64,000 nucleotides of DNA, taken from assembly GCA_038087875.1 (NCBI GenBank), contig CM075990.1:12898001-12962000 (forward strand), given 5' to 3'. A model generated the notes under the pieces. It saw only the letters and a list, made by a program, of their open reading frames with translations, was not told the DNA's origin and did not search any database. The stretch is from Malacoraja senta. Its lineage: Eukaryota. Below are positions 12,944 to 24,460 of this stretch, piece by piece; the first letter of the stretch is position 1; every line of letters starts with the position of its first letter. Both the position numbers and the translations under genes were made by a program.

Positions 12944-14662
12944 CCTCAAAATACTACTGCAATAGAAGCGGCGGTGAATTTTATCACCAATATCTGTCAT
13001 TGCTGAGGTGTCTGCTGGAATATGTAAAGATAACTATATTTTCAAGTGATAGACACAAAAACCTGGAGTAACTCAGTGGGTCAGACAGACTTTTCCTTGG
13101 AGAAAAGGAATCGATGACGTTTTGGGCTGAGACCCTTCTTCAGTCTTTACTCCAGCTTTTTGTGTCTATCTTGGGTTAAAACCAGCAAATGCAGTTCTTT
13201 ATTAAACATTTTCCAGCACCTTGTTGTAGGTCTTGATTGTTGATGGAGTTGTTGCAAAGGGAGCAAGTTGTTCGATATCCTTATGGTGTGCTTCTGGTGT
13301 CTGATGTTAGCTATATAAATGCCCTCTGTTTGTGTGTGTGCATGTGTGCGGTGTGTGTGTGTGTGCGTATGCGTGTGTGTATGTATGTGTGTACACTGAT
13401 GTGATCAACACACTGTGGCATTGTGTGACCTTATTTCAACTTTCTTCAGATTGACCCGACCTGAAACATCACCTATCCTTGTTCCCCAGAGATGCTGCCC
13501 GAACTGTCGAGTTACTCCAACACTTTGTGTAAACCAGCATTTACAGTTCCTTGCGTCTACATATAAATGATGTGACCGTCCCCACTGGACTCAGCTGGGA
13601 GCCCCAATGCTGCCCTTGGAGAGGACAATGTATCTGTCACCTATCCTTTCCATGGATTCCCTTGACTTTGCAAAGATAACAATGGTGCTGTGTGTCCAGT
13701 TCCTTGAAATGCCTGCTGTGGGTTGCTCAGTTCCAAGCCACATGGAGAGCAGGGATCACTGTGACTCAGCAGACCACGAGAGTGGTGGGGGTACTATAGT
13801 TAGAACTGCCTTCCCTGCTGTTCCACCACGTTCAGACTCGCCACTACAGCCTCATGTGTTTCCTCCCTGACGGATTCCTACCCGAAACCTTGCCTGTCCA
13901 TTCCCTCCACAGATGCTGCCTGACCGGTTACCTGACTGACTGGTCAGCACGCAACGTTAGTTCTTCACTCTACCTCGGGACACGTGACAAACTCAAACTC
14001 AAACCTGCAGAGCTACTCCACGACTTTGTGTTGTGCATGAGATTGCTGTGCGTATGAAAATTAATCTTCAAGTATTCTTTTGTGGTGGTGAATCTGTGGA
14101 ATCCCTCGCCACAGACGGCTGCGGAGGCCAAGTCATTGGATATTTTTACGGTGCAGATTGATAGATTCTTGATTAGTACGGGTGTCAGAGGTTATGGGGA
14201 GATGGCAGGAGAATGGGGTTGAGAGGGAACGATAGATCAGCCATGTTTGAATGGCGGAGTAGACTTGATGGGCCGAATGGCCTAATTCTGCTCCTGTAAC
14301 TTATGAACTTGTGAACTTGGCCTCAAAAATACTACTGCAATAGAAGCGGCGGTGAATTTCATCACCAATATCTGTCATTGCTGAGGTGTCTGCTGGAATA
14401 TGTAAAGATAACTATATTTTCAAGTGATAGACACAAAAACCTGGAGTAACTCAGTGGGTCAGACAGACTTTTCCTTGGAGAAAAGGAATCGGTGACGTTT
14501 TGAGCTGAGACCCTTCTTCAGTCTTTACTCCAGCTTTTTGTGTCTATCTTGGGTTAAAACCAGCAAATGCAATTCTTTATTAAACATTTTCCAGCACCTT
14601 GTTGTAGGTCTTGATTGTTGGTGGAGTTGTTGCAAAGGGAGCAAGTTGTTCGATATCCTTAT
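12944..14662 (+). repeat. ~340-bp near-identical direct repeat (12944-13284 and 14321-14662)
   Basis: The two copies differ by only a handful of bases by eye. Confidence 0.92.
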
Positions 14663-15214
14663 CTTCCAGATGTTTAGTTTACGGCCCAATTATGTCTGGT
14701 GAGGGAGGGTGTCTTCATAGCAGCACTAGATTGTTAAATAAACAAGTGGCACTGAGATATACACCGAGTTCGCACCAACAAGCAACTATCCCTTTATATT
14801 AATCCGAGATTAATCAAAACAAATTCTCTCCACATTCTCACCAGCTCTCCTTAGATTTTAGTCCTCACACAATGCTCAGTTAACCTCCCAACCCGCACGT
14901 CTTTTGGATGTGGGAGGAAACCGGAGCACCTGGAGGAAACGCACACGGTCACAGGGAGAACCTGCAAAGTCCACACAGACAGCACACAAGGTCAGGACCG
15001 AACACGGGTCGGCGGGGCCACAAGGCAGTGGCTTTACCCGCTGCACCGTCATGCACAGTTTGTGACAATGGTGGAGCACTCTTAAATGTTTTACTATTCC
15101 AACATCGCTCTCAACAACAGCATTGCAGAAGCTTTCACATCAATGTCACAAACGGAGAAATTTGGTCAAATGAACTAGAACGGAAAAGACTGGGGTTTAA
15201 AGAGACCTTTAAGG

Positions 15215-15500
15215 GTGAGGGGGACGAGGGGGGGGGAGGAAAGAAAGAGGGAGAGAGAGGGGAGAGGGAGAGAGAGGGAGAGAGAGGGGAGAGGGAGAGG
15301 GGGGGAGAGAGGGGGAGAGAGAGGGGAAGAGGGAGAGAGAGGAAGAGAGCGAGAGAGAGGAAGAGAGGGAGAGGGAGGGAGAGAGGGAGGGAGAGTGAGA
15401 GTGAGAGTGAGAGAGAGAGAGAGAGAGAGGGAGAGGGGGAGAGGGGGAGAGGGAGAGAGGGAGGGGGAGAGAGGGAGAGAGGGAGAGAGGAGGGGGTTGC
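15215..15500. repeat. Polypurine (GA/GGGAGA) tract
   Basis: Direct reading; similar tracts at 7765-7860, 18975-19170 (pyrimidine strand) and 41497-41630. Confidence 0.95.
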
Positions 15501-15984
15501 AGGAAGCAATTGCAGAGTTCAGGGGCCTGGCCATTGACAGCTGAGTCAGCATTACTGGAGCGTGCTGGAATGAGTGAAGGCCCAGTGATTGTGAGGGCGG
15601 GAACTGGAGATTGCAGAGGAAGGATATGGCCCACAGAGTAACTTGAATATAAGATATTTATTTTAAAAACGCCTTTGGGACACGGATAGCTGAATTTTGG
15701 GAGGGGTCAAATCTTAAATCTGAGTTTTTAACAATGCATGGTACATTACTGAGTTCACTGCCTTGTTGGTTTGGGTTTTAAAAAAAAATCAACATAAACT
15801 TTATTCAGGATAAAAAAGATGTAGAAAACAAGAACTGCGCAAAATTCCTGGGAGATTCTCCGCAGCCACACATACAATGGTCAGCGTTATCTTTGGTAGT
15901 GTTCCCAAAAAACATAATTGTACCCGGGACCCTTGGCACTCAGGGTGATACCCCTCTTTGTGGCACTGTTTGACTGCCTGACCA

Positions 15985-16180
15985 CGGGAGAAGAAGCAAG
16001 GAAGAGATAAGACTTGTTTTACCTTCCATCACAGTCAGGAGGTGCCTGGAGGAGACACTGTGATGGATGTTTCTGTTAAATTTATGTCATTATGTCTTTG
16101 GTTTGCTTTTTATTGTTATACTGTTATGGTAACGACATTTCGTTCAAGTTTGTTGTGGAATGACAAATAAATTCAATTGG
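15985..16180 (+). mobile_element. 3' fragment of the same GC-rich retroposon family
   Basis: ggaagagataagactt...ccttccatcacagt...cactgtgatggatgttt...cgttcaag matches 18057-18220. Confidence 0.75.
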
Positions 16181-16538
16181 ATAGTATTAATGCAGCAAGC
16201 TCGCAGGACCCACAGTGACTGGGAGCTCCAAATCGTTGCCTTCATGTCCCCCACCCCCCTCACTGTACCATTGTTTCTGAAAGGCACTGGGCTTGTTTGC
16301 CAACAGGGCAGTGTTTGAACTGCTCTCTTTGTCCCTGGCAGGCTGCATTGCATAAGTTCAAAGGGGATGTTGTCCCGTCCCCGGGGGTGGGGGGAGGGGG
16401 GGGGAGTTTGCCGCAGACTAAATTCAGAACATACAGATCAGTACAAAGCAACTCCGAGTCCATCTTGGACATTGTACTTTGTGAGGTCCTAGTGCTAGTT
16501 GGTGCAAGAGTTAGTGTTGCAAGTTAGTTGAAAACTAA

Positions 16539-16998
16539 AGGGCCTGTCCCACTTTCCCGAGCTGCTCACGAATTCTCCCCAGTTTTCCCCTCAAGATTCA
16601 AGATTCAAGAGAGTTTATTGTCATGTGTCCCTGATAGGACAATGAAATTCTTGCTTTGATTGAACCCATGATTCAAACTCGTAATTCAATGTCCGTAACG
16701 GGTCCGTAGGAGTCCGTAGATATATCGTAGCGGCTCGTTATGTCAGCCGTAGGTACTCGGGGCATTAAATATGACAATTTTTCCCCTCCCGACTATCATT
16801 TTACTCGTGGACATTTTTCGTCATGCTGGAAAAAACGTCCCGACTTACCTGATGCCCCGAGTACCTACGGCTGGCGTAACGAGCCGCCACGATATATCTA
16901 TGGACTCCTACGGACCGGTTACGAACATTCTCCGAGTTTGAATCAAGGGGAAAACTCGGGAGAATTGGTGAGCAGCTCGGGAAAGTGGGACAGGCCCT
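16539..16998. mobile_element. PIF/Harbinger-type MITE with a LINE-tail insertion (16592-16668) in its left TIR
   Basis: TIR agggcctgtcccactttcccgagctgctcac...; TAA / TAA TSD. Confidence 0.88.
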
Positions 16999-17104
16999 TA
17001 AAGGTGCACATTTCTGCATCGGCTGTCACCATGTCTCAAAATGAGTCCTGTGGAGAAGTAAAAGCTGCCCAGTCCGCCTAAACCTGCCCGATCTTCTGGT
17101 TGCT

Positions 17105-18435
17105 AAACATTTTAACTCCCCCTCCCATTCCCACACTGACCTCTCTGTCCTGGGCCTCCTCCACTGCACCTCATATTTTGCATGGGCAGCTTACACCCCA
17201 GCGGTATGAATATTGACTTCTCTAACCAAGTAATCCTTGCTTTCCCCCTCTCTCCATCCCTCCCCCTTCCTAGTTCTCTGACCAGTCTGACTGCCCCCAG
17301 ATTACATTTTATCTCTGTACGCTTCGTTGTCACCTTCTCCTCGCTAACAATGATCTATTCTACATTCTCCTTGAACCCATCCCCTTTGATATCTTGTTTT
17401 CACACCTTACACTTACTCTTGCTATCTTGTTTGGGAGTGGCGGCGCCTAACGGCAACGGCTCAACTACAGTCGTCCGTCTTTTTATTTATTTTTGTCTTG
17501 TTAACTGTATGTCTTGAGCTTAGTTTTTATTATTTTTTATTAGTGTATATGTGGGGGGTGGAGGGGGGGATGTGGGGAAACCGTTAATCTCTTCCCTGTA
17601 CGGGGACCCGACTTTTTCCCTGTTGGGTCTCCGGTGTCGTTGGGCCTAACATTGTGGAGCCGGCGCCGGCCTCCGGCCGGGACCAACCTGAGGGCTCCAG
17701 TCGCGGAGCCTGGGACCTGACGTCGCGGAGTTGGCCGGCTTTGGAGCGGGGAGAGCTGTGGTGGCGCTCGGCTGCGACCCGACTTTGGAGTTTCGGAAGC
17801 TCCGGCTGCGGGCCCGGTGGACAGGAACATCGGGAGCTCCAGGTCCCTGGTGGGAGACGGCTTTTCGGAGCTCCCGCAACGGCAACTTCTCCCGCTGGAA
17901 TCGCGAGGTTTGGAGGACACGGAGCGAGGCCTAACATCGCCCGGCGCGGGTTGGCGGCCATGGGACTTACCATCGTCCGCCGGGGGCTCTAACATCGGAG
18001 CCCCAGTTCGCCTCGACGCTGCAGTTGGACTGCTGGACCGCGGGTGAAGAATAAAGGGAAGAGATAAGACTTTGCCTTCCATCACAGTGAGGAGGTGTTG
18101 GAGACTCACTGTGATGGATGTTTATGTAAACTGTGTTAAGTGTGGGTCTTGGTTTTTTTTGTAAAGTAAAAAACTGTAGTAATGATATTTCGTTCAAGCC
18201 TAGGTTTGAATGACAATAAATAACATTCTATTGTTTTCACACCTTACTCTGTGTCTCCCTCTCCTCTGACTCTCTGTCTGAAGAAGGGTGTCGACCCAAA
18301 AACGCCACCCATTCGTACTATCCAGTAACTCAGCAGGTCAGGCAGTATCTGTAGATGACCTGAACTCCAGAGGGAGCTACTCCTGCACTTTGTGTTTTTT
18401 TTGCAAACCAGCATCTGCAGTTCCTTGTGTCTGCT
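17105..18435 (+). mobile_element. Degraded Penelope-like 3' fragment (GIY-YIG C-terminus + terminal repeat), split by an 820-bp insertion at 17411-18230
   Basis: 17105-17225 aligns by eye with 52590-52750; terminal repeat resumes after 18231. Confidence 0.8.
17411..18230 (+). mobile_element. GC/CpG-rich non-coding retroposon of unassigned family
   Basis: 17-bp TSD ttgttttcacaccttac (17394-17410 / 18231-18247); 3' hairpin ccatcacagtgag...ctcactgtgatgg; gacaataaa tail. Confidence 0.8.
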
Positions 18436-20763
18436 GTGGATAAGTAAACTTGTATGTATTGTAGAAAAAACAGCAGCCAAACCGTTCACAGTAAACTCCC
18501 AGCGTCTGCAGTGACCAACACATGTATTTTAGTGTTATTTAGTGAGGGGAAATATTTGGTTCGAACACAAGGAAGATTTTTTTTTTCTCTTTAAAATGTG
18601 CTGTGATGTGTTTCACATCCATTCATGAGAGCTTTGGTATAATATTCAAAAGCCAGTACTTCACTCATTTATCACTTTAGTTTAATTTAAGGGATCTAGC
18701 ATGAGTAATAGGCCCTTCGGTCCATCAAGTCCATGCTGACCATCGATCAACCATTCACTTTAGTGCTGCATTGCCCCATTTTACTATCCACTCCCTACAC
18801 ACTAGGGGCAATTTACAGAAGCTGATTGTTGGCTTCAACTCACAATTAACAAGAAGCCAATACCAAACCCACACATCTTTGGGATGTGGGAGGAAACCAG
18901 TGCACTCGAAGGAAACCAACGCAGTCACAGGGAGACTGTGCAAACTCCACACAGGCAGCACCGTGCTGCCCATCCTTCTACTCCCGTTCCCTCCTACCTC
19001 TCCTCTTTCCTTCCCTCCCCCTCCTCTCCTCTTCTCCCCCTCCCTCCCGCTCCTCCCTCTCCTCCCCTTCCTCCCCCTCCCCCCTTCGCTCTCCCTCCCC
19101 CCCTCTCCTCCCCCCTCACACCCTCTCCTCCCCCTCCCCCCTCCTGCCCGCTCCACCCCCTCCCCCCATCCATATACATGTTCACCAGCCTGCTTGCTCG
19201 ACAGATTATCCATTCAAAATGATGATTGCACCCTGCAGCTCTCCACAGCATGGTGCAGGAGCCTGCTGGTACACTGCTTTAATTAAACACCACAGGATAA
19301 TTAGTCTTCAAGATCACATTGACAGTAAACTTTTATTCTTTGAGTCTGAAGAAGCGACTCGACCTGCAACGTCACCCATTCCTTCTCTCCAGAGAGGCTG
19401 CCTGTCCCGCTGAGTTACTCCAGCATTTTGTGTCTATCTTTTATTCTTTGGAATCTTTTGTATAATGAAGAACGCCTTTAACAATGATTCTTGAATGAGC
19501 TGAATCGAATTTCATTGATGCAAAATGTGTCGAAAATACTATCTGAGATTTCAATCACTTTGTTCTGCTATTTTGGAGGAACAATGAATTCAGACGCCAG
19601 CAAATGGCAGAAAGATTGTGTGTGAAAAGCTGAATGTTGATTATCTTAGTATTATTATTGAATTGCTTAATACAATTCTTTCAGTACGTCTCTGAAGGAT
19701 ATGTCGCGAAAAGTGCAACTTATTTTCTTTATCATTTCACATTAATAATCTAACGTATTTTTTTAAAGATTGGTTTGCAGCGTGTTATCTTGCTTTGTGA
19801 CCTAGATCGTGGCGAATGTCTTCAATTACTTGGCATTGTGGAGTATAATTAACATGTCATTAAATGTGTGGCATTATGTGTCTCCAATGTTTATCACGAA
19901 TAATGCAAACTTTGCAATTTAGACGGCTTGTTGCTTAGCCACAAGTCAAATAAGAGCTTAGTTGTGTCTATGTGAAAAAAACAGCACTGTAGAATCTGCC
20001 GAGGTGTTTGTGCTCACGTTTGCAGTGTGAGACTTTTGTGTCAAGAGTTGAGACAAGAGTGCTTATTTATTATAGGCACTGGATATGAAACAGAACAAAG
20101 ACATACTTAAAGGTAGACAAAAGTGCTGGAGAAACTCAGCGGGTGCAGCAGCATCTATGGAGCGAAGGAAATAGGCAACGTTTCGGGCCGAAACCCTTCT
20201 CCAGCACTATTGTCTACCTTCGATTTTCCAGCATCTGCAGTTCCTTCTTAAAGACAAACTTAAGACAGACACAAAATGTTGGAGTACCTCAGCGGGACAG
20301 GCAGCATCTCCGGAGGTGCTTTCAAGAGAGAGTTAGATAGAGCTCTTAAAAATAGCAGAGTCAGGGGATATGGGGAGAAGGCAGGAACGGTGTACTGATT
20401 GTGGATGATTAGCCATGATCACAGTGAATGGCGGTGCTGGCTCGAAGGGCCGAATGGCCTACTCCTGCACCTATTGTCTATTGAGAGAAGGAATGGGTGA
20501 CGTTTGGGGTTGAGTCCCTTCCCCAGACTCGGCCCCAAGCGTCACCCATTCCTTCTCTCCAGAGATGCTGCCTGACCCGCTGAGTTACTCCAGCATTTTG
20601 TGTTTATCTTCGGTTTAAACCAACATCTGCAGTTCTTTCCTACACAGGTCAGTAACTGTATTGGATGGAGCAACGTCTATCACTTTCTGAAGCTCCCTTT
20701 GTTCTCAAGCATTTTTGAATTTCCAATAGGTGGCAGGGTCAGAGGTGTGAAAGAGATCAGCAC

Positions 20764-21168
20764 CAAAGATCCTATAGCGGAGCAAGATGGACCACTCCTG
20801 CTAAATGCAATGGGCTAACGTGTAGTACGCAACGGAACGGAACGTGGGCCTTTTTTTCATCCATTTCCGTAACCGGACCCGACCTGACCCGACCCGACTC
20901 GCAGTGTAATCAACGTTGCGGGGGAACAGTTTGTGCTAATAAATTAAAATTCTGAAAATGAGGAGAAGATTTTTCCCAAATAACTTTTATTTTTACGAGG
21001 ATGTTTCTGTAACCGGCTTCCGTCTCCGCACTATTATCCTAGGGGATCTTTGGTGTGGAGACGGAAGCCGGTTACGGAAATGGGGCCGAAAATTACCCAT
21101 GAATCTGCCCATGACCGTACTACGTCTTTTTCGTCGAGTGGACTATCTTGCTTGCTATAGGATCTTTG
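20764..21168 (+). mobile_element. hAT-type MITE, copy 1 (no TSD)
   Basis: TIR caaagatcctatagc / gctataggatctttg; closely similar to the copies at 29943 and 60429. Confidence 0.85.
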
Positions 21169-21389
21169 GTCTTAACAGCATTATAGACCCCCGGGCAAAG
21201 CAGTGCACTGGGACCCCTACACTTCCAGTTTCTTTATGCCAAATCAAATATGCCGTCATGCACTTGCGGTGTTTCTCTCCGTTTTCATGTTCCACAATAA
21301 CATTCTACAATACATAGATTAGCATGGGGCCCCTATGCTCGTGGGCCCCGGGCAACTGCCCAGCATGCCCATGCGTTAAGACGGCCCTG
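21169..21389. mobile_element. Second DNA-transposon MITE (cagggccgtcttaac-type TIR) lacking the first 7 bp of its left TIR
   Basis: Right end gttaagacggccctg; left end starts at gtcttaac directly after the hAT MITE. Confidence 0.65.
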
Positions 21390-22029
21390 CACTGAGCCAC
21401 AACCAGCACTGCCCCGACACTGCACTGAACTGCTTTATACAATGTGTACAATCTCTCAGAAGATTGACACAAAATGCTGGAGTAACTCAGCAGGGGCCGG
21501 CAGCATTTCTGGATTGAAGGAATGGGTGACGTTTCGTGGTCGAGACTCTTCCTCAGACTGACACTTCTTCCTCAGTCTGAAGAAGGGTCTCGATCTGAGA
21601 CATCACCCATTCCTTCTCTCTGGAGACGCTGCCTGTCCCTGCTGAGTTACTCCAACATTTTGTGTCTATCTTCGGTTTAAACCAGCATCTGCAGTTCCTT
21701 CCTGTAAAATCTCTCCAGCAGGCTCCTCGGATTCAGCTGATAATAAGGGCTATAAAAATAAATGACTGGCTTTCAAAAGGAATGTGGCCTTTCCCTTTTA
21801 TTTGCTTGTAACGTCTTGTAGCTTCTTAAATTTCATTTATTTGGAATAAACATACCTCTCAGGCAGCCTGCTTATGTAATGAAAGACATCTCGTCTTACA
21901 GAATGACGATGGACAGATGGTGCTTACAGGAGTAAAAGGACAAGAGATTAAGGCATGTAGCAAATGCCTGGGTGAAGCAAAGGATTTAGTCAAAGCAGAG
22001 AGAGCTGGCTTCACACATACACTGTTGAA

Positions 22030-22905
22030 CATCCGGGGGCGCTGCATGATGGCTGCCTCTGCCTACAGTCTGTTTGTTTTTCTGTCTTTTTTTATTTTTC
22101 GTTTGTTTGGGGTTGTTTTGGAGGATTTTATTTCGGTATTTTGTGTGGGGGAGGGGGGTAAGGTAAGGGGGGGAACCGTTTCCAGTTACTTCCTGGCGAG
22201 GATGCGACTATTTTCCGAGTCGCGCCCTCGCCCCCCTACTCGCGGCCTACCAACTGGATTGGCGCGGCCTTTCCTACCGGGGACCGGACCAGAGCTTCAG
22301 CAGCGGCGGCGCAGCGCTGGATACATCGCGGAGCGGGCGATGCCTCACCTGGGAACGTCGTTTGAAGCTCTGGAGTGCTGGGCCCTGCTGCTTCAACATC
22401 ACGGAGCTGTGGTTTGTAGAGCTCCCAGCGCGGGCGGCGCTGACTAACATCGCGGAGTCTTGGGACCCTTTGCCGAGGGCCGCCAGCGTTGAATCTCCGC
22501 CCAACTCCGCCTGTGGACTTCGGGAGCCGCGGACTCCGGTAGGAAGTGGCCGATTCGGATGTCCAAGCCACTGAGGATGTTCTTCCGTTCCGACGTCGGA
22601 GTTCCATCGTCCCGGCGCGAGGGCCTGAACATCGGGCCGCCCGTAGCGGCGACTGCAGGGGGCTCGGGAGGCCCCGACCACGGGGGAACATCGGGGAACA
22701 TCAACGAGGAGGTTGACTGAACTTTGGTGCCTTCCCTCACAGTGAGAACTTTGGTACCGCTGTGGGGATGTTTGTGTTGTGGACTATCGTGTTTTGTGCT
22801 TTTATGTTTTTAATTCGTATGGCTGTATGGGAAAATGCATTTCGTTGTCTAAGTACTTGTACTATGGACAAAGACAATAAAGTTGAATCAAATCAAATCA
22901 AATAA
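22030..22905 (+). mobile_element. Diverged relative of the 17411-18230 GC-rich retroposon
   Basis: Same order of parts: T-rich block, G-run, CpG-rich body with acatcg motifs, ccctcacagtg...cgctgtgggg hairpin, gacaataaa + (aatca)n tail. Confidence 0.65.
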
Positions 22906-24058
22906 AATATGTAAAGGTATCCAGTTGGTAAATAATAATGGACCAAGCACAGGCAAGTGGGACTAGTGTAGCTGGGACATTGTTGGCCGGTGTGGGCGAG
23001 TTGGGCCGAAGGGCCTGTTTCCACACTGTATCATTCTATGACTCTATGACCCTATAACTTCTTAATACAGAGGTGGGTAAAAGTTTGGAATTCTCTCCCC
23101 ATGAGGTCCACACAGACTAAGCCAGTCATTCATTTGAATCAGGATTTCATAGGTGATAGGAGCAGAATTAGGCCATTCGGCCCATCAAGTCTACTCTGCC
23201 ATTCAATCATGGCTGATCTATCTCTCCCTCCTAAACTTAATTCTGAAGATTAAGGAAATCAAAGGATATAGGACGGCGGAGGAAAATGGTTCTGAGGGAG
23301 AAAATCAGCTACAGTCCCCAATGAAGGGGCACGTGGACTACTCCTGATCTTCTGTCTTATGTTTCTTGCATGGATCTTGGGGTGAATGTAGAAACAATCG
23401 GCCTAAACTGGAATGTAAATTAACATCAGATTTTACACGATTTTGAAAGGCAAATCATCAGAGATGCTGCCTGACCTGTTGTTACTCCAGCTTCAATCTG
23501 TCTTTTTTGTTGTTGTATAATCTGGCATTTGCAGTTCATTTGAATCAGGATTTGTATCTCCGGAGGTCGGAACTGAAGGAATATAGAGTTATCTAAAGAG
23601 TGCAGGAATGAGGGAGGCCACAGAGAAGGAGCAGCAGCAGTACAACAGAATAAGAATTTTTAATTTGTGATTGGTAAATTTTGTCCGTTTTCCAGAATCA
23701 TTGGATGGGCCCCAGGCAGCGAAGTGGAGCTGAATCATGATCTTATCGCATGGTTTGAAGCCCAAGGGACCAGTTTATATTTTTCCTGCCTGAGTCATTT
23801 GTTTATATGATGAGATTATATCTGGTGTTAGCACAGCTGTAAAAAACTCATGTATCAGGAAGTGGCATGTTGAACATGTTGGTGGTGTGATTGGTGGGTG
23901 AGAGAATGTCACCTCTTACATGGGTTGTGGTTCTGCGTCAGACAAAACGTCTCTTGGGTGAGATGCTAAATAAAAAATGTGTCTGTCCCACCAAGATGAG
24001 AAACGTTCCCCTTTACCGGGGATACTGGGACACATGACAATAAACTCTCTTGACTCTT

Positions 24059-24460
24059 TTTGTTTTAATAAATATTTTTATTAGAAGCATGTGTACAAAT
24101 AATAGTAAGCGACAATTTAATGACAGATTTCTTACATAGCTTCTTTTTTTTAATTAAAAAAAAAAAAAAAAGGTAAAGGCAGAAAAAGATGAGAGAAAGT
24201 AATAGAGAGAGAAGAAGAAGAGAGAAAAAGGGAGAGGCAGAGAGAAACTACCAATGGCAAGATTATGGAGATAGACCCGGGAAATGTTGAGTGTAACTTT
24301 TCATCCAATCCCAAACTCAGGTTTCAACCCTGATTCTGTGTTAAACCAATTTACTTTTTCAAATATTCAATAAATGGGGACCATATTCTGACAAAAAGTT
24401 CTGGTTTGTCAATTAAGACAAGTCTTATTTTTTTTTAAATGCAAGGTCTCAGTCATTTCC
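24059..24460 (-). mobile_element. L1-type LINE 3' end
   Basis: Minus strand ends IRLVLIDKPELFVRIWSPFIEYLKK*, then an A-rich tail; TSD aaactctcttgactctt at 24042-24058 / 24461-24477. Confidence 0.75.

Noticed and set aside
12944..14662. LTR retrotransposon or TRIM interpretation of the direct repeat
   Set aside because: No TG...CA termini, PBS, PPT or flanking TSD seen
14908..15634. Arg/Glu/Gly-rich and Ser/Leu/Pro-rich ORFs (also 18755-19413 and 41399-41792)
   Set aside because: Arise from GA/CT tracts and SINE sequence
17540..18109. Overlapping 110-190 aa ORFs in GC-rich elements (also 21917-22740)
   Set aside because: Stop-poor because of GC content; no recognisable domain, and no shared peptide between the two related copies
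20958..21317. Recurring ORF MRRRF(F/L)P...YEDVSVTGFRLRT (also 29932-30162 and 60618-60839)
   Set aside because: Recurs only because it lies in the hAT MITE copies; spans the hairpin and has indels between copies
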